Below the pieces are notes generated by a model that was not told where the DNA came from, made no database searches, and worked only from the letters and a program-made list of their open reading frames with translations. Positions 8,858 to 21,389 of a DNA stretch of 64,000 bases are shown piece after piece. The position numbers and the translations under genes were made by a program. Every line of letters begins with the position of its first letter. Within the stretch, counting starts at the first letter, position 1. Source of the stretch: a virus; the IMG/VR virus record IMGVR_UViG_3300029266_000670, positions 4,806-68,805 of that record; one strand, given 5' to 3'.

Positions 8858-10801
8858 TTATCCGCCGACCTCTTCGAAGGAAACGCCACTTGCGGTAGCG
8901 ATGAAGTTGAGTTGAATGAAGTTAATTGAACGGTTTGGCTTGATAAAGATATCAGCAACAAACTCGTTTCTGTCGATTACGCTGCCAGGGTTGTTACTTT
9001 CATTACAGACTACCTTGAAGTCGGTAACTCCACGTCTTGCTTGAACATCCCGAAGGAATGGAACAACAAGATTTCTAAACTGCGATCTGGTAAACTCATC
9101 ATTGAACTCGAAGAGTTGGAACTTAGCAGCAGTTGCAATTGCTTTCTCTAGAATAATGAACAGTCTACGAACATTGATTCTATCAAAGGCACTTGGCTTA
9201 CTCTGCAAGGTCTTGTCCCCGAACAGTATGGTTCCTTCGCCTGGGAAGGACACTACAGGATTGATGTTCTTCTTGTAAAGTTCATCTCTGTGTGACTGTC
9301 TTGGGTTGAATGCAAGTTTAACGACACCGCGAATTTGTCCGCGATTGAAACCTGCGGGTGAGAACCATGCTTCATTTTCTGCTTCAGTTCTTGCAAGAAG
9401 TCCTGCAATATCTCCATTGAGTGGAACGTATCTGTAAACGCCGTTGAAGGTGTCGTACATGTACTTCCAACCACTGTCGAGTACTGCATATGAAGAACTC
9501 TTGTTTAGTGAAGTGTTTCTGTATGCCAAAGCATTTTGTGTAGCAGTCGCTGCATCTTTGTTCTGATAGTCAGTAACTGGACCTGGTGAAACAAACGCTA
9601 CGCAGTCTTTTCTTGCATCGCATAGGTCTATGATAAGACTAGAGATTGTCGAGTCTGCTGGACCACCAAGAATAAGAGAAACATCTACAGTTTCTGCATC
9701 TTCAAACTTAGAATAGCCTGAAGTATATACTGCTGCTACACCATCTGATTTAGTTTGAACTCCTCCACCGAGGGTTAAACCATATGCATTTGCACTAGTT
9801 AATGTAGCACTTGTTGCGATGTTGTTAAAGGCGTTATTTGATTTAGCGGCAGTAGTGACGAAACTGTCGTTCTCTACCCAAATATATGAACTTTGTTCAT
9901 TGATAACATCCTTGAAGTGATTACTTTCGCCACTAAACTTTTTACCGTCAGTTGCTTTAGATAGTCCCTCGAAGGTTTCTAGAACACTTCCTGCAACGCC
10001 AGTCCACGCTCCGCTATAGTCAACGACTGCAATATTTACTAAGTCGTTAGATCCACCTGCTTTGGATACATCGTCGGTGGTAGCATCGAATGAAGAGAAT
10101 ACATTCCTGTACCTAGACTCAAGAGTTGCTCCCTTGATGGTATCGATTCCAACTGCTGTATTGATAACTGGACTAATGGTAGCAAGTGTTGAACCTGTAA
10201 CTATTGCTTGTACTGTAACCTTTTGTCCCGTAGGAAGATTGATTACATCTCCCTTTTCAAGATTCAAGGCTCCCCCACCAATTCCTCCAGAAGTCCCTGA
10301 GATACTAATGGAACTGGTTCCGACTGGAATTGTAATACCGAGAGTTGCCGCGGTTCCTAAAGTGACACCTAAACGACCACTTACTGCTGCGGAACCATCG
10401 AAACCATATACAGCAAGAGCATTTCCTAATACGCCAGGGTACTTTCCGAAGAAATTACCAGTTCTAGTTCCTGTCTCAAAATCGGTTTCGTTCTTGATTA
10501 AGACTGCTTCGCTTGCAACATCTGCTGAATTCTTCGCAGTAGTTCCTACAGATCTTACGACTTGGAGATTGTTTCCATATCCTAAGAAGTTTGCAGCAGT
10601 GAAAAAGTATTCGTATGTATCGCTATCGGGGCCGCCAAATTTGCTTTTTAATGCATTTACTGAATCAACAAGTGTAATTTCCTCCACGGGTCCCCACTGA
10701 AATACTCCTGCAAAACCTGCTGAAGTAGTGGCAACCGCTGGGACAATTGTTGTCAGGTCGATTTCAGTGACGTTAACGCCTGGACTGACTTGAAATCCCA
10801 T
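8858..10801 (-). CDS. 18: Tail sheath protein gp18
   Basis: MGFQVSPGVNVTEIDLT, WFSPAGFNRGQI, SAFDRINVRRLF. Confidence 0.99.
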   Translation of the reverse strand: MGFQVSPGVNVTEIDLTTIVPAVATTSAGFAGVFQWGPVEEITLVDSVNALKSKFGGPDSDTYEYFFTAANFLGYGNNLQVVRSVGTTAKNSADVASEAVLIKNETDFETGTRTGNFFGKYPGVLGNALAVYGFDGSAAVSGRLGVTLGTAATLGITIPVGTSSISISGTSGGIGGGALNLEKGDVINLPTGQKVTVQAIVTGSTLATISPVINTAVGIDTIKGATLESRYRNVFSSFDATTDDVSKAGGSNDLVNIAVVDYSGAWTGVAGSVLETFEGLSKATDGKKFSGESNHFKDVINEQSSYIWVENDSFVTTAAKSNNAFNNIATSATLTSANAYGLTLGGGVQTKSDGVAAVYTSGYSKFEDAETVDVSLILGGPADSTISSLIIDLCDARKDCVAFVSPGPVTDYQNKDAATATQNALAYRNTSLNKSSSYAVLDSGWKYMYDTFNGVYRYVPLNGDIAGLLARTEAENEAWFSPAGFNRGQIRGVVKLAFNPRQSHRDELYKKNINPVVSFPGEGTILFGDKTLQSKPSAFDRINVRRLFIILEKAIATAAKFQLFEFNDEFTRSQFRNLVVPFLRDVQARRGVTDFKVVCNESNNPGSVIDRNEFVADIFIKPNRSINFIQLNFIATASGVSFEEVGG

Positions 10802-10881
10802 ATTAATCTCCTTTGATAAGACCGTCTGTCTGTTATTTCATCATTTAAACGGATCAAAGTTATTTATCATTTCGCATAAGT

Positions 10882-12979
<2,098 letters not shown>

Positions 12980-12983
<4 letters not shown>

Positions 12984-13810
12984 ACTGTATTGCCAAGTAT
13001 GTCTATACCTGGTCCTCCTGTAATTCCTGCGGTATATCCGCGAACAAATAGTTTCGTATCAGCAGAGTATCCTGTTGCGAGACTAGAATCACCACCGCAC
13101 GGTCCTGTTACTCCTACGTCTACTCTTGACAATGCACCAGTTGCTCCTGTAATTCCACCTGTGCTTGTGAAGTCCGAATTGAAGAATGTAGTAATAGTCT
13201 GAGTAATGATTTTCGATTCTTTGATTGGTCCATAAACGTAAGATTTAGCAATAAAGTTTAAATCGAATGTTATAAGTCTTCCCGTTTCCAAATCCCCGTC
13301 ATATTCGGTGCTTTGTGATACACTCGATAAAACAATCGGAACATCTACTGATGTAGCCATAGTGTTATTATTTAACGTCACTATAAATTCTGGTGTGAAG
13401 TATGGGAGGATCTGTTCTATTATCTGAAGTCCATCATCCATATGACGAACGAATACAGATAAAGAAAACTCAAAGTTGTATGGAACCTCTGCAAAGTTTC
13501 TTTTTACTGTTGCTCCATCTGATACCCTTTTTGATAGTGTGTTTCTTTTTCTTGTACTATCATAGTTAAAGCCAGTCATCTCAAATCCGAGTCTAGGAGC
13601 AGTTACTCTAATTTTTACCCCATCATCAATTGAACTTGGCTGTCTCAACCTGACTAGAAACTTTTCTTTGTTACCATAACCGATGGGAACACGAATAATT
13701 TCCTTGACACTATCATCAGAATTATATCTCTTGATGTCTATCTCGTTGAATAGTGTACCGAATGCCACCACTAATTTTCTTACGGAGTTGTGATAAAAAT
13801 GTCCGAACAT
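12980..13810 (-). CDS. 15: Tail sheath stabiliser / terminator gp15
   Basis: FYHNSVRKLVVAFGTLFN, LQIIEQILPYFTP. Confidence 0.95.
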
Positions 13811-14733
13811 CAGTAGTTACCCTCCGAGAATGGATCCGTATCAGTGAAGTCGATTATAGTACCTTCGTCTACCGTTAGATCGATGATGGGACTATCATTA
13901 TACTGGTCGTCAGTTACAATCAGATCAGAATTAGCGGTTGAAGCCAGTGCATATTGTGCCAATGATTTTTCACCCTTGACATTTGTTCCTGCCGAAAATG
14001 CGGATATGTTGCTCACCAGATCGTCTGCATTAGGATCTACTCTGCCTTTGATCTGATCAATACGGAGAACGGTGCTTGTAGGATTCCAATCCACAACAAC
14101 ACCAGTCGCGGTTGCAAGAGCAAGAGACTCACCTTGATATACGGTTTCACCATCAAAGTAGTTTACGACAGAACCAACTACAGATCCCAGATTTAGGTCT
14201 ACTGCAAGAGTCTTTCTGTCGTCATCAAAACTATCGAGTTCGCTGAATCCGCTATCGATGTCCTCGTTACTATAAACGAATAGGTCACACGATAGTTTAT
14301 ATGTGTATAATTTTCCTAGTTGGTAGAATGGATTTTCATGCTCTACGAACTTAATTTCAAATAGTCCTTTGGAGAGTGGGAAGAAAATTAAATCACCCTC
14401 TCTAGGTCTTACTATGGTTTCTTCGTGTGAGAATGATTGTTCAAACCTTTTCTTCGATACAACCAATTCTACAGAATCCCGAATTTCCAATCCAAATTTA
14501 CTTATGAAATCACCATCACCACCAAAGCCATCAATTGAATTGATGTACATTTCTATCTCTACGCCATTTTCAAATTTAGAGATAGTATCCTCGCTGAACA
14601 ACTGATCTTCGTTGACTAGTGTTCGTGGGATATAGATCATATCTCTGCCGTGAATTTTGATGGTTTCTATAGTCAGATCATTAAGAAGATCATTCTCTGT
14701 ACTTACATCTTTGAAGTAACTGTTTTTTGCCAT
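13810..14733 (-). CDS. 14: Neck protein gp14
   Basis: SKFGLEIRD, RPREGDLIFFP, FEIKFVEHENPFYQLGK. Confidence 0.95.
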   Translation of the reverse strand: MAKNSYFKDVSTENDLLNDLTIETIKIHGRDMIYIPRTLVNEDQLFSEDTISKFENGVEIEMYINSIDGFGGDGDFISKFGLEIRDSVELVVSKKRFEQSFSHEETIVRPREGDLIFFPLSKGLFEIKFVEHENPFYQLGKLYTYKLSCDLFVYSNEDIDSGFSELDSFDDDRKTLAVDLNLGSVVGSVVNYFDGETVYQGESLALATATGVVVDWNPTSTVLRIDQIKGRVDPNADDLVSNISAFSAGTNVKGEKSLAQYALASTANSDLIVTDDQYNDSPIIDLTVDEGTIIDFTDTDPFSEGNY

Positions 14734-14740
14734 TGGAGGA

Positions 14741-15514
14741 TCATCCCGTCATAAAGTCTATTGGAAGTTCATAACGGAGAGACATTTCTTCTTCTATCTT
14801 ATCTAAATTCTGTTTTGCATCATCCATTATTTGTCTACCATTAAACTGCACGCCGCCTGGTAGTTGAATACCATCATACTTGGAGAGATTGGCTCCCCAT
14901 TGGTAACGGAAAAGTTCTGTTGTATATCGCTTTAGAAATTTATCTTTGTAAATTTCTGTGTAGATTTCTGGATCTACTGCGGAATAGCATTCAAATACTA
15001 AAAAACTTCCAACCTCGACATCTTCTTTCCAGTTCATATCGACATAAAGTTTATTAGTCGTTCTGGTGAACCGAATCATTTTCTCTGGATCTAGTAACTG
15101 CTGAAGAAGAGACAAGTGATTTTTTGTTATGACGTAATTGTGCATATTTCCCATGCCTGTTCTAGTACCATAGAAGTCATTTAAAGACATCTGATACCGA
15201 ACATCAAACATGTTCACTGTGCTTTCCGAGAATTGGAATAACTTAATAACACTAACGATACTGGAATCTATCCCGTCTGTTGAAATATATCCACCGTTGA
15301 GATCAGATGCTGCTCTATCCATATCTTCTTGTGTTATTTGATACTTGTAGTATCGTCTTTCAACACCGTCATAATGGTACTCGGTATAAAGTTCTAATGC
15401 CTCATCAATCCGATCCTCAAGTTGGGAATCGTCTACATTGATTTCTATGACAGGTGAACCTAATTTTCTGAGGCAATATTGTTTTAATTCTTCTCTTGTG
15501 CTAGGTTGTGGCAT
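14741..15514 (-). CDS. 13: Neck protein gp13
   Basis: LKQYCLRKLGSPVIEINVDD.Q.EDRIDEA, QWGANLSKY.G.QLPGGV. Confidence 0.96.
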   Translation of the reverse strand: MPQPSTREELKQYCLRKLGSPVIEINVDDSQLEDRIDEALELYTEYHYDGVERRYYKYQITQEDMDRAASDLNGGYISTDGIDSSIVSVIKLFQFSESTVNMFDVRYQMSLNDFYGTRTGMGNMHNYVITKNHLSLLQQLLDPEKMIRFTRTTNKLYVDMNWKEDVEVGSFLVFECYSAVDPEIYTEIYKDKFLKRYTTELFRYQWGANLSKYDGIQLPGGVQFNGRQIMDDAKQNLDKIEEEMSLRYELPIDFMTG

Positions 15515-15541
15515 TAGAATCTCCTTTACTATATGTATGAA

Positions 15542-15811
15542 TCATAAAGATATTTCTTCCTTATTCATATAATCTTTTAAGTAAACAAGATCACTTACCC
15601 TAGTAATGTAATCATCACCATCTACCCAAGGAATCTTTCGTGGTAATATAGCTTTATTTTTGGTGATGTAATGCTTTTTGTTTTGAATGTAAACTCTTCT
15701 CCACCCATCTAGTAATTTGTAATCGGGTTTCAGTGCGAGAAAGAGATCCAAAGAAAAAACTTTTCCGTTTATGTTTACTGAAGTTTCGTCTTGAACAAAC
15801 TTTAAACTCAA
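15542..15811 (-). CDS. Hypothetical protein (possible fibre chaperone)
   Basis: 89-aa ORF overlapping the stop of the upstream fibre gene. Confidence 0.55.
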   Translation of the reverse strand: MSLKFVQDETSVNINGKVFSLDLFLALKPDYKLLDGWRRVYIQNKKHYITKNKAILPRKIPWVDGDDYITRVSDLVYLKDYMNKEEISL

Positions 15812-18042
15812 GGGCCACTACCAAACGAATATACAGTTCCGCTACCCTTGGTTTGTAAATTGTAGCCCTGTAGTGAATTTGTTGTGGCTATTGTTTTTCC
15901 GCTTGTTGAAAGTGCCTGGAAAGTTGTTGCAGATTTAATCTCACTAACATTCGATTCTTGTGTAGTTCTCTTTGTGTTTCTGTAAACTAATACATCGGTG
16001 AGAAGTGATGATATTTCTTTTCCGAAAATCCCGAAGTTGCCCCCGTCTGAATTTACTAGGTAGAATATATCTCCGCTTACACCAGAGCAAGCCCCCACCA
16101 ATTCGTTCAATTCTTGAATCCTACCCAGATTTGAGGTCGTAGCATACAGAGATAATGAATCTTGAGATCCTGTAGTACTTCCGTTTGGACCTGTTCCTCC
16201 TGTTCCGAATGATGCTCCACCAAAAGCAAAGAGACTGGAGAACTCTCCACTGGCTAAACTTGTTCCAGCCATTGGTACACCTATAACATCTCGGATTAAC
16301 GAAAGTTCTTCTGCCGCCACTAGACTGTTTATATGTCCTGTCAGTGTTACACCTTGAGCAGTTAATCCAATTTCAATTCCAACTAATGGTCTAATTGCAT
16401 GACTGTTTCCTGTTATTCCAGCAGTGGCATCTACGGTCAAACCTTGATTATATCCGTGAACGTATGCTCCAGAAACAGCATAACCTGTATTGGATCCAGT
16501 GAATCCAAAGTCAGATATGTACATGACTCGTCTATCTTCGTCGTATGTTTCTACTTTGGATTCGGCAACATTCAACCCATCCTCGGTGAATATTGTACAA
16601 TTATTAACACCATCCATGTTGAACAGTAGTTTAGTATTCTGTTCTCCTGTAGAGCCGAACGTAGGTAAAGCGAAAGTTGTACCAACGGCTAAAGTTGCAC
16701 CTGCACTAGTGGTTCCTGCTATATCATATATGTCTTTAGCAAGCATCAAAGTTGAGCCTGCTTCAGTTGACTTTGCAAATCTTAGATGAATTTGATCCAT
16801 ATATCCATGAAAGGGTGAAGTTCCGTCATCGTCCGCTCCAATAACAAACGGGGAACTATCTTCCGTAAATATTTCTTCTGTAGATCCTAGAGAAGATACC
16901 GCTTTTAAAATACCATTGACATATATTCTACCTTCAACATCTCCGACTTCGACTTGAACGTGATTCCACGTTCTGAGGTTTAACACACCTAAGTTTCCCG
17001 TTGATAGGGTATTATTATAATCAGATCCTGCATCGTTAGTAGAATAATCAAACACGAAAGAAGTTGGACTTGTTTCGTATCTTAATCTAAACACACCACC
17101 CGAAGTTGTAGTTTTTCCAGCCTTACCTAAAAGGATAGCATCTGCGCTGGGGTTTCCTCTAAATCTAATCCAACTATCCATCTTAAAGTAATATTTGGAA
17201 GAACTATCAAAAGTAAATCCTCTATTGTTGTTCACCGACAGGAAAGGTCCTACTGTACCATTTCCCCCGTCAAAGAATGCGGATGAGTTTCCAAAGACGA
17301 CCTGATCAGTCGAATGGATAACATCATCTGAATTATTTACTTCATAAAAACTTTGTTCTACACTTTCACCATACTTGTATATTCCGCAACCATCATGATC
17401 TGAACTTACACCATAAACTGATCCATCAACTTCTTGAAGTCGTATTGCTCTTAAGTTGGGGTTGATAGTTCCACCTGACGCACCCACCCATCCGTAATCG
17501 CCAGCCGATGCTCCTACTAGTTTAGTTGCGAATATTGAAGAATATGAACTGGAACCTGTAAATTTGTATATACCGTCTATTCGAGTATTATTTGAACCTA
17601 GAATTTGAAAATTGTCGCCTAATTCTAATTTGAGGTTTGATATCCAAGACTGACCAGATGAGAATTCTAGTTCATCTCCAGACCCTATTATTCTTCCACT
17701 AATACCTTCATCGCCAATAGTGAGATACTGTCCTCCAAATATTAACTTACCCAGTGCAGCGTGCGTGCTGAAAAGTCTTTGTGGTATATCATAACTAATT
17801 GGTCCTGCAATTTTTATATTGTTGGTTTTATCTGTATCGAAACTTTCGTTTCTGGGTTCTGTTGACTTATATAAAGACTTATTTTCATCTGGTGTTGATG
17901 AAAGATAGCGTCCCTTGGGAACTATAGCTATATTTTCGTTATTCCCTAGAGCAATTTCTCTATTAGTTTCAGTATCAGAAATTATATTCTTCAACTCACC
18001 GGTTTCGGTGTCGTATATTACAATTTTACTTTCATCTGGCAT
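15808..18042 (-). CDS. Virion protein with LamG/concanavalin-like domain
   Basis: FGNSSAFFDG...WNHVQV...IYVNG...FVIGA...FHGYMDQI...TKLLFNMDG LamG signature. Confidence 0.75.
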   Translation of the reverse strand: MPDESKIVIYDTETGELKNIISDTETNREIALGNNENIAIVPKGRYLSSTPDENKSLYKSTEPRNESFDTDKTNNIKIAGPISYDIPQRLFSTHAALGKLIFGGQYLTIGDEGISGRIIGSGDELEFSSGQSWISNLKLELGDNFQILGSNNTRIDGIYKFTGSSSYSSIFATKLVGASAGDYGWVGASGGTINPNLRAIRLQEVDGSVYGVSSDHDGCGIYKYGESVEQSFYEVNNSDDVIHSTDQVVFGNSSAFFDGGNGTVGPFLSVNNNRGFTFDSSSKYYFKMDSWIRFRGNPSADAILLGKAGKTTTSGGVFRLRYETSPTSFVFDYSTNDAGSDYNNTLSTGNLGVLNLRTWNHVQVEVGDVEGRIYVNGILKAVSSLGSTEEIFTEDSSPFVIGADDDGTSPFHGYMDQIHLRFAKSTEAGSTLMLAKDIYDIAGTTSAGATLAVGTTFALPTFGSTGEQNTKLLFNMDGVNNCTIFTEDGLNVAESKVETYDEDRRVMYISDFGFTGSNTGYAVSGAYVHGYNQGLTVDATAGITGNSHAIRPLVGIEIGLTAQGVTLTGHINSLVAAEELSLIRDVIGVPMAGTSLASGEFSSLFAFGGASFGTGGTGPNGSTTGSQDSLSLYATTSNLGRIQELNELVGACSGVSGDIFYLVNSDGGNFGIFGKEISSLLTDVLVYRNTKRTTQESNVSEIKSATTFQALSTSGKTIATTNSLQGYNLQTKGSGTVYSFGSGP

Positions 18043-19970
18043 TATAGTTCGACTCCGTTAAACTCGATAAACCCATTTGATAATGCTACCTTATTAGTTG
18101 TTCTTGCACCTAAAGTGCTACCTGAAAGTCTAGCAAGAGAATTGTATGTGCAATTAATTGCATCTCCTCCCATTCCTGATGCTCCAGATATAGTTAGGTT
18201 AAATCCAACTGTGCTACATCCATAAATTGTTTCTATACCATTTTGAGCATAACTGTTTAATTCTACATTCAAAAGATTTGCTGATGAATTCATTACTACT
18301 GTGAATGCACTTCCTGATATTCCAGTGATGGTGTCTAAGCCTGATCCTTCAAAATGAACATCAGCGTTTCTGGCAAAAGAAGAATCACTGATATATTCGC
18401 CATGTGCATCGTTGAACGAATGTACATATGGTCCTACAACAGCGTCAGAAGATTCTGAAACACTTATTGATCTGTTTACATTATCTTTGGTGTCTGAAGA
18501 AGTCACATTCATTGAAGAATTTTTATCTGCTAAGAAACCATATCCATTTCTGAATGAAAGGGAAGACGCACATTCTAGGTTGGAGTTTAACTTACAACCA
18601 AATCCAATTCCTGCTTCATCATTTGATGTAAAGTTGTTTGCAGAATTTTGAAAGTTATAAGCCGATATGCAGCGGTTTATAATAAGGTTACTATTTCTCG
18701 TCGCTATGAATCCGTCTTTACCATTCCCGACAGAAACACATGCAGTGTATTCTCCGTTGGATTGATTATTAACAACAAACCCATCATCCCAACAACCAGT
18801 GGATACAAAACCATGAAGTTCTGCCTGTGAGTTATCAGATACTAATACCCCAGTTCCACAATAGGAAACGCTGTGGAATAAATTAGTTCCCTTTACATGT
18901 TGACGCAGTAGTGATCGGTTTTTTACTTCAATACCAACCTCAAAGTTTTTAATAGAAAGACCTTGTCTTAATGTTAAAATTGAACCTTCTTCTACAACTA
19001 CGGCAGAACTTGTGGATTTTGAAGCAGAATCGATCAGTGGGTCGAACGTTTCAATTGCAATATCTTCTAGAGTTAAAGCGGAATTTGTGATTCTTAATCC
19101 ATTACTATCACCCGCTGCTATAATTTTAGTGGGAATAAGTCTTGTCGGTACTGTGTCGCTACCTTCTCCCGAAACAGCAGATCCGTTAGGATCTGCGGCT
19201 CCGTGATTTCTTCCTGAGTTTAAATTATAAGCGCCACTATAAATGTTTCTGTTTCTAATTCTATTTTCTAGAGTGGGGTTTGTACCGAAATCTAATAGTG
19301 TAGTTTTTACTACATGAGATCCGAAAACAAACATTCTCTCCATGAGATCATGAGTTTCTGAAAATCTCTGCACAGCAGTAGAACTTGCAGTAACCCCATC
19401 GCCACTATTTCCAAGAGAGGAGTTATTGTAGAAAAATTGTATTTCACCATTGCTGTTGTGTGGGGTTATGATTACATGCTTACCTACCGTGGAATTATCG
19501 AAAGTTAAACCATTTGCGGTTGATCCATACAGAACCTTCATGTCAAATCTAGCACCATCATCGGGCCCAGATGAACCATCTCCTTCTAGTGGGTAGAATA
19601 GTTCTCTGTAGTTTAAACCATTCACTCTTCCGCTATAGGAAGAGGTATCTTCATACCCCACAATCGCTGTGATTGCACTTGAGACACCGTTGGCACCCTT
19701 TAAAATTATTCTATGTCCTTGGGGGTGGGTTACTTTAATTTCTTCTACAATTCTGTGTATACCCTCACTTAGACTTATAGTGACGGTAGCAGAATCTAAA
19801 ATTATATAATCTTGCAGGAAAGTAAATGCCTTTGCTATGGTTGCAAAAGCAGTATTAGAGGTAAGTCCATTGTTTGTATCAATTCCCGACTGTGAGACAT
19901 ACAGAGTCAGTGATGATCTAATCACCTTAACCGAATCTGAAAGTCTTTTTACTTGTATTGAACCTGCCAT
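18042..19970 (-). CDS. Tailspike-like right-handed beta-helix protein
   Basis: LYVSQSGIDTNNGL...AFATIAKA N-terminus and repeated DGF.../GIG beta-helix rungs. Confidence 0.7.
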   Translation of the reverse strand: MAGSIQVKRLSDSVKVIRSSLTLYVSQSGIDTNNGLTSNTAFATIAKAFTFLQDYIILDSATVTISLSEGIHRIVEEIKVTHPQGHRIILKGANGVSSAITAIVGYEDTSSYSGRVNGLNYRELFYPLEGDGSSGPDDGARFDMKVLYGSTANGLTFDNSTVGKHVIITPHNSNGEIQFFYNNSSLGNSGDGVTASSTAVQRFSETHDLMERMFVFGSHVVKTTLLDFGTNPTLENRIRNRNIYSGAYNLNSGRNHGAADPNGSAVSGEGSDTVPTRLIPTKIIAAGDSNGLRITNSALTLEDIAIETFDPLIDSASKSTSSAVVVEEGSILTLRQGLSIKNFEVGIEVKNRSLLRQHVKGTNLFHSVSYCGTGVLVSDNSQAELHGFVSTGCWDDGFVVNNQSNGEYTACVSVGNGKDGFIATRNSNLIINRCISAYNFQNSANNFTSNDEAGIGFGCKLNSNLECASSLSFRNGYGFLADKNSSMNVTSSDTKDNVNRSISVSESSDAVVGPYVHSFNDAHGEYISDSSFARNADVHFEGSGLDTITGISGSAFTVVMNSSANLLNVELNSYAQNGIETIYGCSTVGFNLTISGASGMGGDAINCTYNSLARLSGSTLGARTTNKVALSNGFIEFNGVEL

Positions 19971-20018
19971 TTATTTTCCTTGAAAGAATATTACTCTAGT
20001 CTATGTATGGAACTATTA

Positions 20019-21377
20019 TCAGGGGAGGTCGACTTCTTCGTTATCGTCTGGACAATCACAGTCACCATTTGCTAATGTTTCACATCCAAGATCCTCGCAA
20101 CTTTCACCACCGGATGGTCCACCACCGCCGCCAGGAGATCCCCCATCACCGCCGCCTGGATTTGTCTCGGATGAAATACTTTCTAGTTGCATCGCATACA
20201 AGTTCAATAATCGATTTAAAATATTACCATCATTATCTTTAGAGAACGATGTTACTTTGACGATTCTTCTATCTGTAGTTTGTTCTGCTATAGTCTGAAC
20301 ATCAAACAATTCGTCTAGAGTGTCTTGTCCCGATACTGAAGGAGAAACTATTACGATAGGCTTTCCTGCATTAGTCTGTGCAAACGATCCAAATTTTAAA
20401 CAATCATTACCAGTTCCGCCTGTTGACGGATCTATTGCATTCAGGTTTACAAAATGTGCAGTACCATGTCCTGCTCCCGCTAGGGTAACTCCTTGATATA
20501 CTTCTGCTACAGCGTTTTCTATGGTGTCAGCCCAGTGGGTGATTTGTCCAGATGCGATTGCACGGATGTTTGCTCCACCGACAGAACTAGAGAAACTAGA
20601 ACTACCTTGAATATTTTCAAACTCTGACATGTTAACGCCTTTTTCGAGTTGAACATTCGCTAGATCAAATGTCTCTCCTCCCCAACTGATCCCCGCTGGT
20701 AGGTTTTTAGATCTAGCCGCAGTTAATCCCGCCTGTAGATAAAAACTAAGTTCTAGATAATTTGGTCCACTGTTACCAATTTCTTTCCCTGTAATAGAAG
20801 GGATTTCAAACCTAATCTCTTCTCTGTTCCAATTGGTTGAAAGTGTTACTTCCTGTCCTCTTACATAGAAAGGATATGAAGCAGTTGCACCTTGATTGAA
20901 TTCGTCGTATTGTGCTGCACCACCAGATCCACCAAAGACTTGCTTGAATCCTACTGCAATTTTTTGTCCAACAACGGAACCTCTCGCCCAGAAAGAAAGA
21001 ACTGCTGAGTTAGACTGTAGTGTTTTTACCCGTGGAATTCTTTGCATCAAACTGATTGAATGTTCTGCACTAGTACCATCTGATATTTCACCGTTGTACA
21101 TTTGTAGATAAAAGTTATTATTACCAGCAACTTCGACTTGGCCAACAGGGTGAAAATCTTTATCCACTCTTAGTACGTCCGCTGTGGTTCCATCTCTATC
21201 GGTAACATACCTCACACTCCAACTGTCAGTAGTTCTAATTATTTTGTTTTTACTATGTGAAGTTGTTATTGTGAATGCAGAACCTATAGGCCAATTAGCG
21301 AACGCAGCATTCGATAATAAATTACGAAGTGCGTCTTTACCCGTGGTTCCCTTGATGTTAATTGCTGATGATGCCAT
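20019..21377 (-). CDS. Tail fibre-associated protein with carbohydrate-binding-like domain
   Basis: RNLLSNAAFANW...LSFWARG...LANVQLEKG, paralogous to the C-terminus of 23624..27460. Confidence 0.65.
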   Translation of the reverse strand: MASSAINIKGTTGKDALRNLLSNAAFANWPIGSAFTITTSHSKNKIIRTTDSWSVRYVTDRDGTTADVLRVDKDFHPVGQVEVAGNNNFYLQMYNGEISDGTSAEHSISLMQRIPRVKTLQSNSAVLSFWARGSVVGQKIAVGFKQVFGGSGGAAQYDEFNQGATASYPFYVRGQEVTLSTNWNREEIRFEIPSITGKEIGNSGPNYLELSFYLQAGLTAARSKNLPAGISWGGETFDLANVQLEKGVNMSEFENIQGSSSFSSSVGGANIRAIASGQITHWADTIENAVAEVYQGVTLAGAGHGTAHFVNLNAIDPSTGGTGNDCLKFGSFAQTNAGKPIVIVSPSVSGQDTLDELFDVQTIAEQTTDRRIVKVTSFSKDNDGNILNRLLNLYAMQLESISSETNPGGGDGGSPGGGGGPSGGESCEDLGCETLANGDCDCPDDNEEVDLP

Positions 21378-21389
21378 TAATAAGTATTC

